Source of the DNA: Chrysomallon squamiferum
Lineage: Eukaryota; Animalia; Mollusca
Direction of reading: 5' to 3'
Length of the DNA stretch: 64,000 nt
Assembly (NCBI GenBank): GCA_012295275.1
Contig: CM022665.1
Coordinates: 19,096,001 to 19,160,000, forward strand
The translations under genes and the position numbers were made by a program. Within the stretch, counting starts at the first letter, position 1. The number at the start of each line of letters is the position of its first letter. Positions 14,245 through 29,305 of the stretch are shown piece after piece. The notes below the pieces were generated by a model. That model was not told the origin of the DNA and searched no databases. It saw only the letters and a list, made by a program, of their open reading frames with translations.

Positions 14245-16299
14245 TGTGATTTATATGTTTTTCCATTTATTTCAAAGAAATAAAACAATTTTGTTATCTT
14301 TCGTTATTTTGTCTGGCTATTATCTTTAAAATATAAACTTTAATCTTTCATTTGTTAACACCTTGAGACAGGGTCTCTGATAATTCTCTATTTTATGTTT
14401 GTTCTATTTACGTCTAGCGCGTCTGATTATCGTTTTCCTGTACACAGTCAGAAAATTTGAAAAGTCCATTATCAGTTAAATGTTGTGATGAATCTTCTGC
14501 CGAGATTTCAACTTTTGTACGACAACTGTAAGCCAAAAATATTCCATTTCACGGCAAACAGATGTATACTTATCTTGCTTTCCAATGAACACACAAGATG
14601 TTGTATCTGACTCTTAAGCTATCTTGGCTGCGTAATTAGAAATGTTAATTTCAAGGAGGTAATGTTTTATGAATTATTTATTTGTTATTGTTTCAGACAA
14701 CACATTCTTAAACAACATATCTTTAAGAGCTCCCAAGACAGTTGACACTGATTTATTATTTCTTTGTGTATTATTTAAACGTCGTCATCGATTAAGATAA
14801 ACCAGGGGAATAGAATTCAAACAACTGTCTTTTCATCCAGCTAAATCTGACGAGAAACAACTAAAAGTTTTACTTTTACACACTTTCGAAAATGATCATT
14901 TGTTTTTGCGACTCTGTAAACACCAATATTTAATTTCATCTTTACTTTTGCAACGGAATTGAATTAATTAAGATCTGCGTTTGAAGCCTAACAGATATGT
15001 TGGTCTTATCAAAACGAAAAATTCCCGCCTGATCTAATAATGTAGACTTTTAGTTCATACTAAGTCTTCAAGGAGTTGCATCGTGAAATGGCATCTCAAA
15101 GTCTTACGTTTTTGTCGAGTTTTGGAAGATTTCATCATGATGACACAACTGCTGCTGCTGCAAAAATAAAAATTTAGCCTTCGAGTTTTGATGTTAGTGG
15201 GTGTCTCGAGAAAGATTCTCTTTGATCTTTCTTTCATTCAGAAACAGAAAGGAACATTAACGTCTTAGTTTCCTGGGATCTGACCGTCTCTTTGTTATTT
15301 TAACCTCTCGACTCACGCTCTGTACGTTCCTTTTTTCTTTTCTTTTTTCTTTTTAATTATTATGTTTTCCTTTTCACGGACGGTTGGTGTCGCGGAATGT
15401 TTTTAATTAGTCTAATTATCAAAGAATCATATAGTCTAAATAAATAAATAAATCGTTGATCTTTTTACACGAAGAATACTAAGGGCCGTTTGTAGTACAT
15501 ACATGCATTTTAATTCTATCATTTGGGAGATTACATTATTGAATCAGTTAAAATTGATTTTCTACCGAGGCAGTATGTGTAATAAGCTGACTCTAATCAG
15601 TCCCATTCTGATGAATAGAAACTGATCTCTGCTGAACTTTATGATATTTATGAAAACTGCTAAAAAGAACAAAATTCTCACACATTCCAATAAGAGACTA
15701 TGGGAACACATGTAAAGATCATTTCGCTCTCAATTATGGAAATATCTAGACTACTATCATACGCATGTTTATATATTGTTTTGTTTTTTCTACCGCTATA
15801 TCCTATGATGTTATCAGTCAGTCTTAGGGCTACTCATAATCAGTTTGGGACTGAAGTCAGTATATTTACTTTTTATTTTTATGGATAACAATTAACTACT
15901 GAGGGAATATGTTATATCGAAGGATGAGTAAAAACAAATTATGACAAGCCAAAATGATTTAGACTAAAATAAACGTGTTGAGAACCACATTTGTTATGAT
16001 CAGAACAACTAAGTTTTATTATAATTCCATTTTATCTCCGCCTTTTTGCAATTTTCAGTAGCGGAGGATCCATAATCCTAAAAATAAAATTTGAAGAAAA
16101 TTCATAAAAATACACCCACGTCTTTATTAACTGTTGAAACAGCCCAGACTATCTGTAAGCTGTACCATTTGACACAATCCACAAGCCCAGTCTTTTAATT
16201 TGCTGTCTCCACAGGTTTAAGAATACACTGAACTAACTGAAATAATAATTTCTAAATGCAATGTAATTTAATATCTTGGCTTGGGTGCGGCAATCTTTC

Positions 16300-16335
<36 letters not shown>

Positions 16336-16500
16336 AATTTAACAAATGAGTTTTTGTTTCTCTTTTTATTTTATACTTTGAACAAAAAAGTACTGTAAAT
16401 CGGATGGGATTGGCATCCCATACATTTAAACTGCCTCGAACTGTTACGACGAATTAACTGAGTCGTCCTCAAATGTAACGACAACAACACGAACACGATG

Positions 16501-17843
16501 ATGAATGAAAGAGTCTAGTACTGAAGAGATATGAATGAAAGAGTCTAGTACTGAAGACATATGAATGAAAGAGTCTAGTACTGAAGAGATATGAATGAAA
16601 GAGTCTAGTACTAAAGACATATGAATGAAAGAGTCTAGTACTGAAGACATATGAATGAAAGAGTCTAGTACTGAAGACATAGGAATGAAAGAGTCTAGTA
16701 CTGAAGACATATGAATGAAAGAGTCTAGTACTGAAGACATATGAATGAAAGAATCTAGTACTGAAGACATGGGAATGAAAGAGTCTAGTACTGAAGACGT
16801 ATGAATGAAAGAGTCTAGTACTGAAGACATATGAATGAAAGAGTCTAGTACTGAAGACATATGAATGAAAGAGTCTAGTACTAAAGACATATGAATGAAA
16901 GAGTCTAGTACTGAAGACATATGAATGAAAGAGTCTAGTACTAAAGACATATGAATGAAAGAGTCTAGTACTGAAGACATATGAATGAAAGAGTCTAGTA
17001 CTGAAGACATAGGAATGAAAGAGTCTAGTACTAAAGACATATGAATGAAAGAGTCTAGTACTGAAGACATATGAATGAAAGAGTCTAGTACTGAAGACAT
17101 GGGAATGAAAGAGTCTAGTACTAAAGACATATGAATGAAAGAGTCTAGTACTGAAGACATATGAATGAAAGAATCTAGTACTGAAGACATGGGAATGAAA
17201 GAGTCTAGTACTGAAGACATATGAATGAAAGAGTCTAGTACTGAAGACATATGAATGAAAGAATCTAGTACTGAAGACATGGGAATGAAAGAGTCTAGTA
17301 CTGAAGACATATGAATGAAAGAGTCTAGTACTGAAGACATATGAATGAAAGAGTCTAGTACTAAAGACATATGAATGAAAGAGTCTAGTACTGAAGAGAT
17401 ATGAATGAAAGAGTCTAGTACTGAAGACATATGAATGAAAGAGTCTAGTACTGAAGACATAGGAATGAAAGAGTCTAGTACTAAAGACATATGAATGAAA
17501 GAGTCTAGTACTGAAGACATATGAATGAAAGAGTCTAGTACTAAAGACATATGAATGAAAGAGTCTAGTACTGAAGACATATGAATGAAAGAGTCTAGTA
17601 CATGGGAATGAAAGAGTCTAGTACTAAAGACATATGAATGAAAGAGTCTAGTACTGAAGACGTATGAATGAAAGAATCTAGTACTGAAGACATGGGAATG
17701 AAAGAGTCTAGTACTGAAGACATAGGAATGAAAGAGTCTAGTACTGAAGACATGGGAATGAAAGAGTCTAGTACTGAAGACATAGGAATGAAAGAGTCTA
17801 GTACTGAAGACATAGGAATGAAAGAGTCTAGTACTGAAGAGAT
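16501..17843. repeat. 30-bp minisatellite, 45 units (consensus ATGAATGAAAGAGTCTAGTACTGAAGACAT)
   Basis: 36 units at 16501-17580, one unit with a 7-bp deletion (17581-17603), and 8 units at 17604-17843. No spacers, so not CRISPR. Lies in GPCR intron 1. Confidence 0.98.
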
Positions 17844-17999
17844 TGCTTTAGTCTGTGTTGGTGAAGATTTACTCTTGGAACTGGCTTGCCTTGTGCGAGT
17901 TGTACTCATCATAAGAATGCACTGTGCAGTATTATCATAGTGCAAAATGGCAAATCGAGCTCAACATATGCATAATTATACTGAATTTCATTAAACATA

Positions 18000-18301
18000 A
18001 ATGAATAAATTTATGTCTAACGGCACCTAAATGCATTTTGATTTGAACGGTTATTACGCATCCAGTATATGACCTTTACATAATGATGTTACAAGACAGA
18101 ACAAGTATCGCCACTATTCTACGATTCATAATAAGAGATTTCTTTTTTTATAAACTGCTTCCCATATACAGGAAATCACATAACACAGCCTTTGATAAGC
18201 ATTTTGTGAGAAAATGGTTAGTACGTGAAATTCTACAATGGGTGTACGTAAAAAGATAAATACTGCCACCAACGCAGAAAATTCTAGTCACTAAGCAACG
18301 G
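18000..18301 (-). mobile_element. Degenerate SINE copy (reverse orientation)
   Basis: Contains ttcccatatacaggaaatcacataacacagcctttgata, related to 4410-4470 and 48174-48220. Ends with tcactaagcaacg, the reverse complement of a tRNA-like A-box head. Confidence 0.55.
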
Positions 18302-19179
18302 TTTTTTTTTCTTTTTTTTTCAAGTTTTTAAATTACTGAAAGAACTTTCTGTTCATATAGTCTGAGTAAAAGATTGTGTTATTATAAATTTCATGATTAT
18401 CCTATTCGCGATGTTTACCAAACACTTATTCAGTATTATATTAAAAGAAGAAACCAAAAAAATTAATTATTTTTTGAAAATGCTGAAAGATATTAAAACC
18501 ACAAATTAATTTCACTCTGAAGTAAGTACTTGTCACAAAATCCATACAGCAGAGCTCATTTCATTGTTGTTTCCAAAGTTAAACCAGGAAATTAATTATT
18601 AAAACCATCTCTGTTTGGCTGATTTGTCAACAAACGGCATATAAATGAATGTATAGAAATGCAGTTCAGTATTACATCTGAAATTAACGAGAAGATTAAT
18701 CAGTATCTGGATTTTACGTGCTTGTTTCTGCTGGCAGATTGGAGAGAGATATTTGTTTCGCTTGTTTGTGTTCATTACCATTTCTTAAGAAGCGGTATTT
18801 TCAGGGGTTGGATTTGTTTGTAAATAAATGCTTGTTATTACAAGCACTGGTGCTGCATTTTCTTTGCTATACACTTGAAATCATATGATTTTGTGCTGAC
18901 TTTTCCCACATCTGTTTTTCTTCTTTTATGTATGTATGTAGCACTTCTATCAAAAGCCAGATAAGCGATAAACCGTTTGAAAAAGATGGCTACCTGTAAT
19001 GTATAGAATTAACAAATTCATAATGTCATGTGATTCGTTTTTTTTTTTTTTCTATTGTCTTTTAATCGTCGTTGTAAACAAATGTAATGAATAAGTTTAA
19101 ATACAGCTATTTAAATACGTGTATTATGAACTAAATATATACGTTGTCACGACATAGAACTTTCAGTATCTGTCTCAAC

Positions 19180-19181
<2 letters not shown>

Positions 19182-19259
<78 letters not shown>
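19182..19259. repeat. (CT)n microsatellite
   Basis: Directly visible. Confidence 0.97.
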
Positions 19260-19263
<4 letters not shown>

Positions 19264-19822
19264 AGGCCAAAAATAAAATAGTTTTCCGGTTTCTTTTCCT
19301 AAATTTTTCTTTTTTTTGTATAGTATAAACAATGGTGTACTGTTCTTTGAAAAGAAAGCGAAAACCGATATATAGGTAATGTTGTATGAGAATAATAACT
19401 TGCTAAGATGCGTGAACCAGATTTTTAGTTCATACATTTAATAACAGACTTCTTCTGTAAGAAAACAAACACCAGCATCAACTAAATGCACCTAGCAAGA
19501 AACCTATTACTTTAACAAGTATGTCTTAAAAGGTTTACAAGATCACTTAGAGTCAGTTTTCACACCTCATTGGAATTCAACAAAGTGCCGCTCCTCGCAA
19601 ATTCCTACGACTAAGAGGTAAATTTATGAGGCAAAAAGGTTCAGCATCCCGTGTTTTTGTTTCACGGGATACGCATTTGGTTACAGTACATGTATTAGTT
19701 AGCTAGGGAGGGAAAGAAAAAACAAAACAAAAAAGTTCGTTACTTTGGAAACACTGACGATGATAAAATGGTATGGTGGATAAATTATTTCCGTTTACAG
19801 GTCGTAAATAAGTCTCATATGA

Positions 19823-19961
<139 letters not shown>

Positions 19962-21336
19962 TAAGTTGAACGATATGAAAAAATGGTTTTACGTCTGAAA
20001 GTTCGGTGTCTGTGTATGTGTATTTCTATTTTCCTCGCGGAAACTGTTACATTTTATTCATATACAAATCCAAAATCTTTGCAAGCTTCAGTACAGATTC
20101 AAAATATTTGAAAACTGTCTGGACAGAATATTATTTAAACTTTGCATAACGCTGTGGTATTGTTATTTTCTTTGGCAAATATTTAAAATGATACAGCTTT
20201 AATAAATTATAAATCATACAGCCAATTACTTTACATTATAAATGAAATATGTTATATCCAGCTATAACAAGATGTTAAACATTCTTGAAAATTATAACCT
20301 CATTATACAAAGGTTCATGAATTTTTAAATGAATGTTTTTCTTTCTTTCTGTTTTTTTTCCTTCTTATTTTTTTCCCCTTGCAAACCGCGCTGTATTTAT
20401 TATTTCTTCATAAATCGTGCACTAGAACAGATAATTACATTTGCAACAAATGCTTGAAATGAAGTATAATTTTGTTTATAGTTTCTAAAACTATGCCGTA
20501 ATTAAGACTATAATAGCCTTTCCTTACAGATGGTGATCTTTTATACCAACCAATTAATTGCTACAACATTTTTTATGTTTTTTTCCTCAAGGCTTCGCTG
20601 TACTTTGACGTAAAATGAATTTAACAGCTGATGTGTTAGTGTGATAATTCGATTTAACATCTTAACTACCGTAAAACATTTCATTTTTGAATTTCAGCTT
20701 TTTCTAATCTTTTTCTTACTCAGCAGCCTTTGCTGTGAAATAAAATTTATTCAGTTTTAACATTTAAATATCATTTGTTTAATAATTTTACTAATCACTG
20801 TGTTTATATATATATATATATATATATAAACTGACGGTAATTTACCCATTCTTAAAATATAAAAACATAATGATTAGTAAAAATTATTAAAATTATTTTT
20901 ACTTTGTATGAATTCTGAAGTATGTTTGGAAATAACACACTTTGTAAAATTAAGTCGGTTATGAATATAACATTAATTATTTGCTTATATATATATTTCA
21001 TGCAATTTAAGTTTAATTAAAATCATTTTAACGCTTACGTTTTAGTTTTGCTAGTTTTGACTAATAAACATTTCACATCGGTTACATAGCATCCTATCGC
21101 AGTTTTAAATAAATCACTAACCCTCTTCACAGGGACAATGGACTCTGACCCGGAAGAATAACAAAATAAGCTGAACGTTCTTATGCACAATACCGTATTT
21201 GTTATTTTAAGTATCGCTAGCTGTTCAACTGGAGCCTGCAGCTTTCTCTTGATGCGTTCTAACTGGCTGACACATTCTCTTTACACTCGCCTCATGGAGT
21301 TGTCCCTCACTGTCACACTAAACTGTCACCGTGTAG

Positions 21337-21725
21337 ATCATTCATCTCAGCTTTTCTTGGCACGTTTGGTCGCGACTTTGCGGATACCAGCCACGCATCC
21401 TGAATCTCAGCAACCGAAAGCAGCAGCAGTGCCACACCTCGACGTATCTACGTCTGCAGGTCTGGGTTCTTACAGAGGATGGTAAGACCGAGATAACAAC
21501 TGAAATGAATTAGAAATTGGTATATGCCAAAGAAGATTAATAAAAACAAAATAACGAATCAGAGTTAATACATTCATCACACTGGATTTGAAAAAAAAAC
21601 CAACAAAAAAAAAAAACCAAAGGAGGTTTAATCCATTCAGCAGCGAGCTAGAATCGGAATGTATATTTCTGTATTAATTTCGACAAGATTCGATAAAATG
21701 GGATTCGACAGGATGGAACGACACC
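21337..21725 (-). mobile_element. Second MULE relic: transposase fragment plus a putative terminal repeat
   Basis: Minus-strand 21480-21337 translates ILCKNPDLQT*IRRGVALLLLSVAEIQDAWLVSAKSRPNVPRKAEMND, which aligns with PDVQTWIRRAAGLPLLPTAQVQQNAWFQATDNGLDVPQAETLND of ORF 319-795. 21677-21725 carries tandem GTCGAAT(C)CCA motifs on the minus strand. Confidence 0.7.
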
Positions 21726-22027
21726 ACAACAGCCTCAAGAAACATCATGTTAATAAACACAGAAGTGTAATAGCAATGTGAAATAAATCTGCCTAATTTC
21801 CTGAAGATAACATTCTCATTTGAATATTTGTATTGTTATTTCGTAAACGTGTATTTGCAGTGAAACTTAATCTTAGTAGGATTTCCGTTTAGACGTTGGC
21901 TACATCCGATTGATATTAAATATCATTTTCTAACACTTAGCCTACGCCAAAATATAATTATAGTTGCGGCTGGTCGGAGTTCTGCTTAATATTGCAATGA
22001 TATAAGAATCTCTCACTCTCTCCCTCC

Positions 22028-22030
<3 letters not shown>

Positions 22031-22101
<71 letters not shown>

Positions 22102-22122
22102 CCTTCCCCCCCTCTCTCTCTC
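22031..22122. repeat. (CT)n microsatellite
   Basis: Directly visible. Confidence 0.95.
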
Positions 22123-25100
22123 ACTCTCTACTTACAAACACAAATTTTATGAAATGCGAATATCATTACTCCTAGACAGATTATTACAAGTTTTAGCTGA
22201 ATAAAACACAATAAGACTTGCTTTACTTTTTGTAATAACAGCTTTCCTCTGCGAACAATGTTTAGCTGTTAGCCTGTTACTCTAAATGACTGCATTAATT
22301 ATGTACCAACAGAAAATATTTTCTTGATGCTTATCAGAATATGTGTCTTCTTGTTTAAGATTAGAAACACAAAAAAATTATTTTGTCAGTCTAGCTAACT
22401 GATCTTCTTTAAATCTATCTATGTATGTATGTATGTATATAATTATATGGATAGTAATTGCAACTTTGTGAAAAAAAAAGAGAAAGTGCGGTGACCTTTG
22501 AAATGATGGGAAAACAATAATAATTAAAAAAAAAAAGGTTACAGAAACTGCGCTTGAAAAAAAATGTTAATGAACAAAATCTACTCGATAAATTCATGTT
22601 CCCTGTCACAAGGTAATTCAAATAGCAAAGGTCAGTGTTACCGTACCTACAAAATGAATTATCATTAATTCAGGAAAGAAGATTTTTATTTCAAATCCTG
22701 GAAGCTATCGATAGACTACACCGAACAGTACGAACATCAGCAGGAACGGATGTATTTTTTTCAGAGAATAGAGAGAACACTGTAACTGTACTGGATTTAT
22801 TTCAAAATATTCCTTGTGCACCCAACCAGACCCACTGTGACCTTCGTATTGTTTAATAATAACATTGTTTTCAAATTTAATACAATTATCGTACTAAATA
22901 ATGAAAGACTAGAAGAATTCAATGGTGGTCAATTAGCTTGTAAAACATTTGATATAAACATTATTATTATCATTGTTACTTGATTGTCATCATTATCCTT
23001 ATCAATATCATCATCATTATCATTATAATGAATAGATATGGTTGTGCATTTGTTTGCTTCTGCGTATCGAATACAAATACACAGCACGAAAACAATCTGT
23101 ATTTATTAATATACAATAAAATACAGCCATTCTACACCAATCATGAGGATATTAGTTTACTGTCTTTCAAGACGCAAATCTGACTCGGTCTATAAAAAAA
23201 CAACGGGCGCTGCTTAATGGTGAAACAAAGTTTAATGAAATACGACATAAATATCGGCGGTTATTATTTGAAAGAGCTGTTGTGATTCAAGTACCATCAC
23301 CTTTCTAAATGATGGCTTCCAAATGCCATTAAGTCAGTTTCTGAGTGGTTGGTGGAAACATTAGCTCTTTTTCTGTTTACGCGTATTAGTTTGAAGGCGA
23401 AGAGTTTCAGTTTTTATTTTATTTTTCTAATCTTTCTTTTTATTGGAAGAAATTATTTATATCACTAATTTATTAATTTAATAATAGTAATAGTAGTAAT
23501 AATAAGAATTATAATAATAATAATAATAATAAATTAAGTGATGTGTTCTTTTGAAATTATAGTAGTTGTTTGAAGATAGCCAAATGTAAAAATGACATTA
23601 GATATGGACATTTAAATACAAAACAAGACAGTTTCAGAAAGCTCGACACCCAAAATAAAGAGTGAACTATGAAAAAAAATGTTAGTTATTATAATGAAAA
23701 GAAAATATTCATCCATTAGCTTTCTTGTTTAAACAGTTTCTACTTTTCTCTCTCTTTTTTTTTTTTTTTTTTTTTGAGATGATTTATTAAGGCGAACATG
23801 TGAGTTATTTTCAAATATATTTTATGAACGTTATAAATGTTTTATGGGCAGAGCGATTACATCATATCTGATTGCAATGGGTCAATATATCTTTTATACA
23901 GAAAATCTCCTTCGCTATCTTTAATGTATCTAACAAACGCTAATTAAAAAGTACCTTAATAACATAAGCAAAATATGAAAAGTCAACCTATTTCACTCTT
24001 TCAATATAATTATACGAAAAATTATTTTATATAACATCATGTTTTTGTTCTGTAAAATAAAATATTGAAAAACTAACTGTTTAACGCTTCGCTTAAGATA
24101 CGTTTTATATTACGCAAATTAAGAAAATGCATGAGAATGAAGATTTTATTTTTGTGACCACCTCTAGTAGGTCCAAACATTTTTATGTAGCAATGAAATT
24201 AAATAGCCTTGGAGTAGTGGATCTAGAATATTTTGAATGGGGTTTTATTGAAAGGATTTAACTTAGTTTGGGCTCCGAAAGTAAACAGATTTAGATTTTA
24301 AACCTGCAGTCTGCATTTAGTGGTGGAATAGTGTCAAGTTTGGATTGTTCATTGTAAGAGACATTGTCATCCTGTAGGGCAACATTAGACAGACAGAGCA
24401 GGCTGCAACTAATGCCAATTGGAATGTATATTCATTTTCATTTTAACATGACACTGTCCTAAAAAAATGTTTTTTGTTTGTTTTACTGCTGGTGTACACT
24501 GATATCAATTCAAGTCTTAAATTCTGGAAGCAAATTTGCATTACTGGTGCAGTGCCTTTTCTCGGCAAAACATTTTACGAAAAATAATGTATTATGAAAA
24601 ATACCTTTAGAACTTGTCCAGACGCAAAAGAAAAGTTTCAATATTTTGGCTTAATCTATTTTACGAACTTCTTGCTTTCAAATGATGAACTGATTTTGTG
24701 CCTCATCTAAAACCTATTAATATCTTTTTGTTCTGTCAAATGAATCAAATAAAGTTAGTTGTATATATTTGGCAGATGTTTTGTGATGGGATAAGTTCGG
24801 TCATATGGTTGCTATTGATTAATAAAAATGACATCCAGCTGCTCGCTGATGTTTTTTATACGTCAGTATTGCTCATTTATAAACATGCCAGCGAATACTT
24901 GCAGCCAATTTGATTACAATTAACTGACTTCCGCAGTCTCCGTTGAATTAATGTCCTCTTTATAATAACCTTGATTACTCCTGTTTCTAGCAGTTCCGAG
25001 ATTATCTGAGCGATATCCACCGCGTGTAGAGTAATGTTTATGTGCATGATTCTGTATAAATGCGCATTTGTATGTATGTATGTACGAATGTATGTATGTA

Positions 25101-26721
25101 TGTATGCATGTGTGTACTTGTGTTCTGTCTATTTCTCTAGTGGATAGATAGAATTACTGATTTTTTTAGATTGCTGTCAATTTAGTTTTTAAAATCTTTG
25201 GCAGGAGGTCATAAAAGCACCTTTTTAACCTAGACTAAGTCTTAGTAAAACATTCACGATATTTGATGCTGTGGGACCCGTGTCAGCATGTATGTATGTA
25301 TGTATGTATGTATGCATGTATGTATTATCCATGTCTATCTTTATTTCTCTGTGTGTATTTACGTACATTCATATAAATTCATTAATAACCACACGTAAAT
25401 TTTAGTGCAGATTGCTTTTGTTATTTTCTTAACGTATTTTTCATGTTAGTTTAAAATTATTGTTATTCCTATAAATATCTAAACTGATACAGATTAAACA
25501 GTTCATAGGTTTCTAAAGTTTCATACATTCTTTATCAGTTTTTTTAACCTGTTTTTTCAACCTGTGTTTTCGAACTTCTATCATACATATCGAACTAAGA
25601 ATCTGTTCTACGAGTAACATTTTCCTAACCAAATTCATTTAAACTACTCTTCAAAGGAAACTTTCTATACAGCTGACTAGCGACTTCGGGAAGTATAATA
25701 TTTCATCAAACTATCGCTCAGAATTTTTCATCTTGTTCCAGGTTGCAGGGTGAAGGAACCGAAGTGCCGATAAGTTCTGATATTCATTTTTTTTTTTTCG
25801 TTCCGATAAGAACATTCCTTTGGCATTGAAATATTGATGAAACGCTAACAAACACTGATAAAAACGTTCGATTACGTGATTTTTGTTACTGCAAGATATC
25901 ATCAAACAAGTCACTGGCTTCCAATAACTTTCTCAACAGCTTATCTACAGATTCGTTTCTTTTTAAGTTTTTAATGTTAAACTAAAACCTGAAAAATATA
26001 ATTAGTTATTATCTTCCAGTGAGATGTTAGAGCACAAAAATATTTGAATAAGGAAATAAAGCATCCAGTCTTCAATTTATAAATCTTTTTTTTTTACTCT
26101 TAATAGAGTTTACTGTGAAGCTATAGGTCTAGAGTCTTTTATTAACATTAGAATGCCACCCATTATAAGATTTATAAACAAAATTAAAGATCAGTGGCAA
26201 ATCTAAGATGAAGCTGGTAGCCACTTTAGGGTAACAAATGCAAAATGTTTGTCATATTTCTATGAGAGAACTGCAGAAGTACGCCAGGGAATTCCAGCCA
26301 AGACAGGGAACAAGGAGGCTTTTTTCTCTCTCACTTAATTATATCTAGTCAGTAGCACGAACAAGATTTTGATACTGCTGTCCTCCACACTTCAGTAATT
26401 TAACGACTTGTCTAGAGTTAATTAAGAAAACAAACCCACGAAAAACATAATTAAGTTTAATCAATAATCAACCGACATTTCATCAATATATTTATATTTT
26501 ATTGTTATTATTATTATTATTTTTATTATTATTATTTTTTTGGTATCTGCAGATTCGAACAGTAAAACTTTTTTTTTTTTTTGGAATATGCCAAACCATA
26601 GAATGTATAACTTTTTTGTTGTTTAATTCTATTTTCGCCTTTCATTGTCAATTTTGATTTTCTTTTCGTTGAAATTTTATTTTTTTATTTCATTTACTTT
26701 TTTCCTCTTTGATTCGGTTTA

Positions 26722-26756
<35 letters not shown>

Positions 26757-27267
26757 TTATTATTATTATTTTTTTATTTTATTATTATTATTATTTTTTT
26801 ATTATTATTATTAATTTTTTTTTATAATGAAACTGTAGGATAGCTTCAAACATTTAATCGATTACAGACGAAAGATGCTGAAAACTTGTACATGTTGCGG
26901 GCATATGTGCTTCTCTCCTGATTGAAGGATGATGATGATGATGATGATGATGATTATTACTACCACTATTTATTTGTTTGGTGTGAGAAACTATGAAAAT
27001 ATAAACTAATAGATATAAGAACGTCTTCATGATGTAGTACATGTTATTTAATTATTAGTGTCGTAGATGGACGTAGTACTTCTCAGTCAGTGTCATAACT
27101 GTTAAAACGTACGAACATAAATTACAGGTAATATAATTATTTGTATATCAAATTTTTTTATGTATGCAAATAGAATTATACGGCTGATTCTACACTAACG
27201 GTTTTGTATTTATTTTAATTCAAATGAAAAACTTCTCTTCTGAAACTAATTATCTGTTTTATTTCCC

Positions 27268-27304
<37 letters not shown>

Positions 27305-29247
27305 CAAAAAAACATAGCTTCAAAACAAATCTTTATTATCATTCTGAAAATCTTTTTGTTTTTAATGCATAGGGAGTTAGTTTGAATGTGACACATCATT
27401 AGTTAACACAAATTATTTTTACCATTTCGTGACCATTAATGTGTTTGCACCCAATTGCTGCATGCGGTGAACTAGCTTTATGTCTGTTTACACATTATGA
27501 CGAACATTTCAAAGAAAGTCTGCAAACTTCACGTTTCTATTTGTGCAGAATGCTTGTGTCGTCTGCTGCAGTTACTTTTAGAGAGTACAACGAATAGAGA
27601 CGAGAGAGTGTTTTGCACATTTCAAACTCGCTGCAAATAGCAGCGCGTACACAAGTCTTTAGCCAGTGAAGTTTAACCAGTGCACCACTGTGTTTTTCTT
27701 TCGTATTTTCCCCAAAACAAACCTTTGATGATGGTGCTGTTAAATAAATAAATAAATAAACATGTTCATAAAATATTTAGAAATATCTTGATATATATAT
27801 ATATATATCAAGTTTCAACCCCTTAATAAATTAATAGATTGTATTACTGGTCGTTTTATGCTCTGTGACTTTTCTCAGTACGGAATCGTACCATGATATC
27901 CTTTTAACGCATGTCTGAAATTACGAAGTAAAAATTTCAAGAACATGAAATAGATGAACCAAAGTAAATTAGTTCATTTAATGAGTATTACCTGTTTAGT
28001 TGCCTTGTAATATAGCATACAAACAAATCACTGTATGAAACTAGTCTAGAAAATATATTATCTAAGTAGAAACTAATATACTTTATACACATTCTGTTTG
28101 AGTAAAGTATTTGAAATGGCTTGCAGAACATGATTTGTGAAAATACTTAACAAAATCTGCCTAAAGTACATTAGTTAATGAAGAAGATGCACAGATGAGT
28201 TGTAGATGTTATTGTGACAACTTAGAAAGCATTTTAAACATTTTCCCACATGTTTAGGTACTCTACTAAGTCTTTTTTAATTACAGAAAGCAAAACACAA
28301 ACAGATCTTAAAAAACTACTACATTATTTACTACAAAAACAGTACTATCAGCAACTGCTGAAACAACAATGGCATCAAGAGCACTAAATGTATGGCAACA
28401 GATACTGCGGAACTTCTGTGATAGCACTGTTGAAACTGAAAACTGTTATAGTAATTATTGCCTTCATATGGTACCAATCAAATATTAACGGTGGGTTATT
28501 TGCGACTTCCAGTGAAAACGTAAAGATAATTATTTGTATGTATAATGAGGCCATTTTAATTAATAATGGCATATGAATATATTTGTGTTTACTGATAATC
28601 TTTATAGTTTAAAGTGTATTGTAGCTTATAAAAAAAAAAATTGTTGTTGTTTCCTTTGCTGCTAGCGCTGGCAGCTTGTCAACATCAGAGAGGATTTCCC
28701 AGTAACTTTGCTATTTACCTAAACCTGATAAAAGAAACAAATATTTGACGATCCGTAGCGAACACTGGCTAAAGTGAAAAGAAACGTTTATTTGATTAGA
28801 CCGGCTAAAAATGTCCTTAGGCGTTTTATATGATTTTTGTTTTTTATATAAGTAAGAAATAACAACAATAATAATAACAATATATATATATAAGAAAAAA
28901 ATTATTATCAAGATCATCAAAATCTAAACCACAAGACGCCAGACGCCTTGTGTAAACTTATTAAAATAACGATAATAATAATTTAAAAAAAAATTTAATC
29001 TATAAATCAGATCCTAGGAGAAAGCAAAAAAAGATGAAAGATAGAAAAAATTTCACTCGTGGTTAATTCAAATCCATCCGTCTAGACCACTACGTTCACG
29101 TTTGAAGCTAATAGTATTTCGAAATTTCTAGAAATGTGTGAATGAATGAAAGTTTAACAGCATTTCATCATACAAATGAAACGGAAAAAAAATTACTGAA
29201 ATTTCTATAAAAGTAAATCTATGATGATAGTGCGGATGGTGATAAAG

Positions 29248-29250
<3 letters not shown>

Positions 29251-29305
<55 letters not shown>

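Noticed and set aside
16501-17843. CRISPR-like regular 30-bp repeats
   Set aside because: Units are head-to-tail with no unique spacers, there are no cas genes, and the context is eukaryotic
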